From NCBI GenBank assembly GCA_040954595.2, contig CM082582.2:13180327-13244326 (forward strand): 64,000 nucleotides of DNA, given 5' to 3'. Numbering within the stretch: the first letter of the stretch is position 1; each line of letters begins with the position of its first letter. Below are positions 57,387 through 64,000 of the stretch, piece after piece. This DNA is from Balanoglossus misakiensis (lineage: Eukaryota; Animalia; Hemichordata). The notes under the pieces are model-generated. The model saw nothing but the letters and a program-made list of their open reading frames with translations, was not told the DNA's origin and did no database searches. The position numbers and the translations under genes are program-made.

Positions 57387-59990
57387 TATAGCAGTGACAT
57401 GACTGCAGAATTGTGATTTAAACTGCAGTTACGTTTGTCCAGGTGCTGCAAGGCCAGGATGTACATGTGCAATTTGCTGCAACTCAAGCTGAGGTTCCTT
57501 GCAGAATATCACATCAATGTTGCAGCTTGCGTGACATCAAATACAACCATTTTCAAGCAAACCATGTGGGGTGGTCCACTCATACTCAAAGTGGTTAAAC
57601 CATATGTGTAAACTGCAATGTAAAATCTGGCAGGTAACCAGTGTAAATGTTTTAATGTGTACTATAAAAGTATCTAAGAACAGGTTTCTATAGAAACCCC
57701 ACTTCTGTTCTTGCAGTACAATTAGTGGAATTTGTGTAATAATTGTATATAAATGTCACAGCACACAACCAATGTACATGTGATGAGTGTCGTATAGTTA
57801 GTACACGAACAGATTTCATTTTATGTCAATGTATTTTTGAATCAATTTAACTTGAACATTTATACACCATTTATTTTTGTCAGTATTGAAGTATGGCAAA
57901 CAGAGTTGGTGATCCCATCAGTTGACAGCAAATGCAAAGGGTTATGATACATTCATATTTGTAAATTAATGCACATATCGTTATATTTGAATATATATCT
58001 TCTGGGTCACCATATTATTGTGATATGAAGTGAGCTTTGAAACCTGAGCTTTGGTGCGTACACAGATTTCTCTTGAAAAACTGATGCAAGTTTTTGGTAT
58101 TTCTCAGAGACCGATGTTACATGACAGATAGGTGTATATATCTGATGGAAAGGATGAAACATCCTGAAGGCTGTTATTCAGTGTAGTCCAATGTTGAGTA
58201 TAAATTACGAATAGTTATGGTTTTATTTCAACATCTGTAGATTTCAATGACAAGGTACAAGGGAATTGGGAGATTTCAAAGTGAAATGACATTATTTTTT
58301 CAACTAAATTCTTATAAGTGCTTGGAGATAGTGTAGGTAATGAATCCTGCAGGTGAAAATGAATGAATAGACTTAACTGTGAGAATTCTTGTTCTATGGT
58401 CTATGCCACAACTCAGCTGTAGTATTTCTGAAGGGTATTGGAGTATTTTGTGAAGGGAAGGTGGTGTATTGGACAGTACTCTTTTCCTTTAATTTCTGGA
58501 TCTTTTGAGGTTTGGCACTCTAACACCATACCATCAAATTTTGATGACATCATTTCTGGTATGGACCATAAATGATGTCATTGAACTATCTTCATATCCA
58601 CATGCAAGTTGAGAACAAAGATCCAACAATTGTACAGCCATGTCTTATCTGCAGAACATGGACATTATTTTCATCCAGACTGTGCCAAAAAAATTGTAAT
58701 TTGTGCATCTGTATGTGTTGGCAGGTGTTGCGAGTGATATTATACAAATTTATGCAAATAATTGAGACGTGATTGACTTCTCTGATTGATATTGATTCAA
58801 AACTTTATTCATCACTGAATTCAAAGATTCTTTTCCATGAGTAGTTGATCTTTAAGAACAGAAATCACAGAGAAAATGAATATTTACAGCTTACCATTAA
58901 GTACTTAATCAATAATGATTGTTAAAATAAAATGTTCATCTTAAAAATGTCAAGGTGTTTGGAATTCTTATTTTAGTTTTAAGTATTTGATGTGTTGGGA
59001 AAAATAGATGTTTTTGATGACTACAAATCAAGACAGAATTATGATGGCCACATGACTAAAGCAACTTGGTTACAACTACAAATAACTTATTTTCAAAAAT
59101 GTTATGTACAACATGCAACAGTTGAGATGTATATAATCACAAAGAAAACTTAAGTATTGATGCCAAAGCTACAAATATTACTTTAAAAGAAATTAATGCC
59201 TTTTCGGGGGGTGGGACTGATCTGGATAGGGCATGACAGGCTGTAACTAAAATCAAAACTACAACAAAGAAACCATAGGATGTGGACGGAGAGAAATGTC
59301 AAGGAAACTTTCAATTCAACCAGAAAAAAAGGATGTCACTTTTTATAGTACAATACATGACAGACCAGTTGAAATAACTTACAAATTATCATCTTTAAAT
59401 TAACAATATTTACAATTTGATCAATATTCTTTCAAAACTAGATTACATATTTTTTTACTGAACACTTAAAATATATGGAACATTAATACATTATTAAGCA
59501 TAAAGCTTGGAGAAACTGTACTCTTAAAGAAGTGTACATGAAAAATTTTAAGATTTTGGCCTCATGAATGATTAACTTTTGCATAATACTGAACTCTGTG
59601 ATCTTGTGTTTGTTCTGTCTTGGTAGGTTCATAGTCAGTTCGTCATCAATCTATTTATAGTACTGTACAGCTAATAATACTTTGACCTGTGCAAGATCAT
59701 GTCAACAAAGTCAAGGTCTTCTTCCGTGTTTTTTTCCTGTCATTGTTATACCAGGATGTAAGGACATGTGAAGGTCATGAAAGTGGCCTAGTAGTTGAAT
59801 GCAACTATACACAGGAAAGTTGGAAACAATGGTTAGCACTGCAACATGGGCCATGACAGACAATGCTGCAACATCAACACTGCAGCACTGTACTGCAACT
59901 GATTTGTAACATTCACAGCAACACTGCTGTCGGCAAGCGAGACTGAAGGCTATGACTACCCAGGAACAGAATTGTCAACAGGTGAATTCT

Positions 59991-63990
<4,000 letters not shown>

Positions 63991-64000
63991 CTGAGAGGAA

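Overview
Intron-rich, AT-rich genomic DNA from an invertebrate bilaterian; the species cannot be determined from the sequence. Nine protein-coding genes were reconstructed exon by exon by hand: CYHR1/ZFTRAF1 (5' part, minus), SSR1/TRAP-alpha (complete, minus), ataxin-1 (plus, with ~16 kb of non-coding upstream sequence and a long 3' region), two tandem RING-B1-B2-coiled-coil-FN3-SPRY TRIM genes (minus), a divergent ACSL1/5/6-type acyl-CoA ligase (plus), a secreted multi-EGF protein ending in an EMI-like module (minus), a mucin-stalk type I membrane protein with an FxNPxY tail (plus) and the 3' part of TMEM67 (minus). Accessory DNA includes three small inverted-repeat elements downstream of ataxin-1, a tandem array in an EGF-gene intron that looks like repeated LTR-end plus primer-binding-site units, a degenerate ~45-nt repeat starting at the ataxin-1 stop codon, and a possible death-domain pseudogene. 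I found no rRNA, tRNA or CRISPR array. No complete new system can be demonstrated from sequence alone; the strongest leads are the head-to-head mucin/NPxY receptor and EGF-EMI genes, the apparently anchor-less divergent ACSL and the LTR-like array. Splice coordinates are manual and may be off by a few bases.
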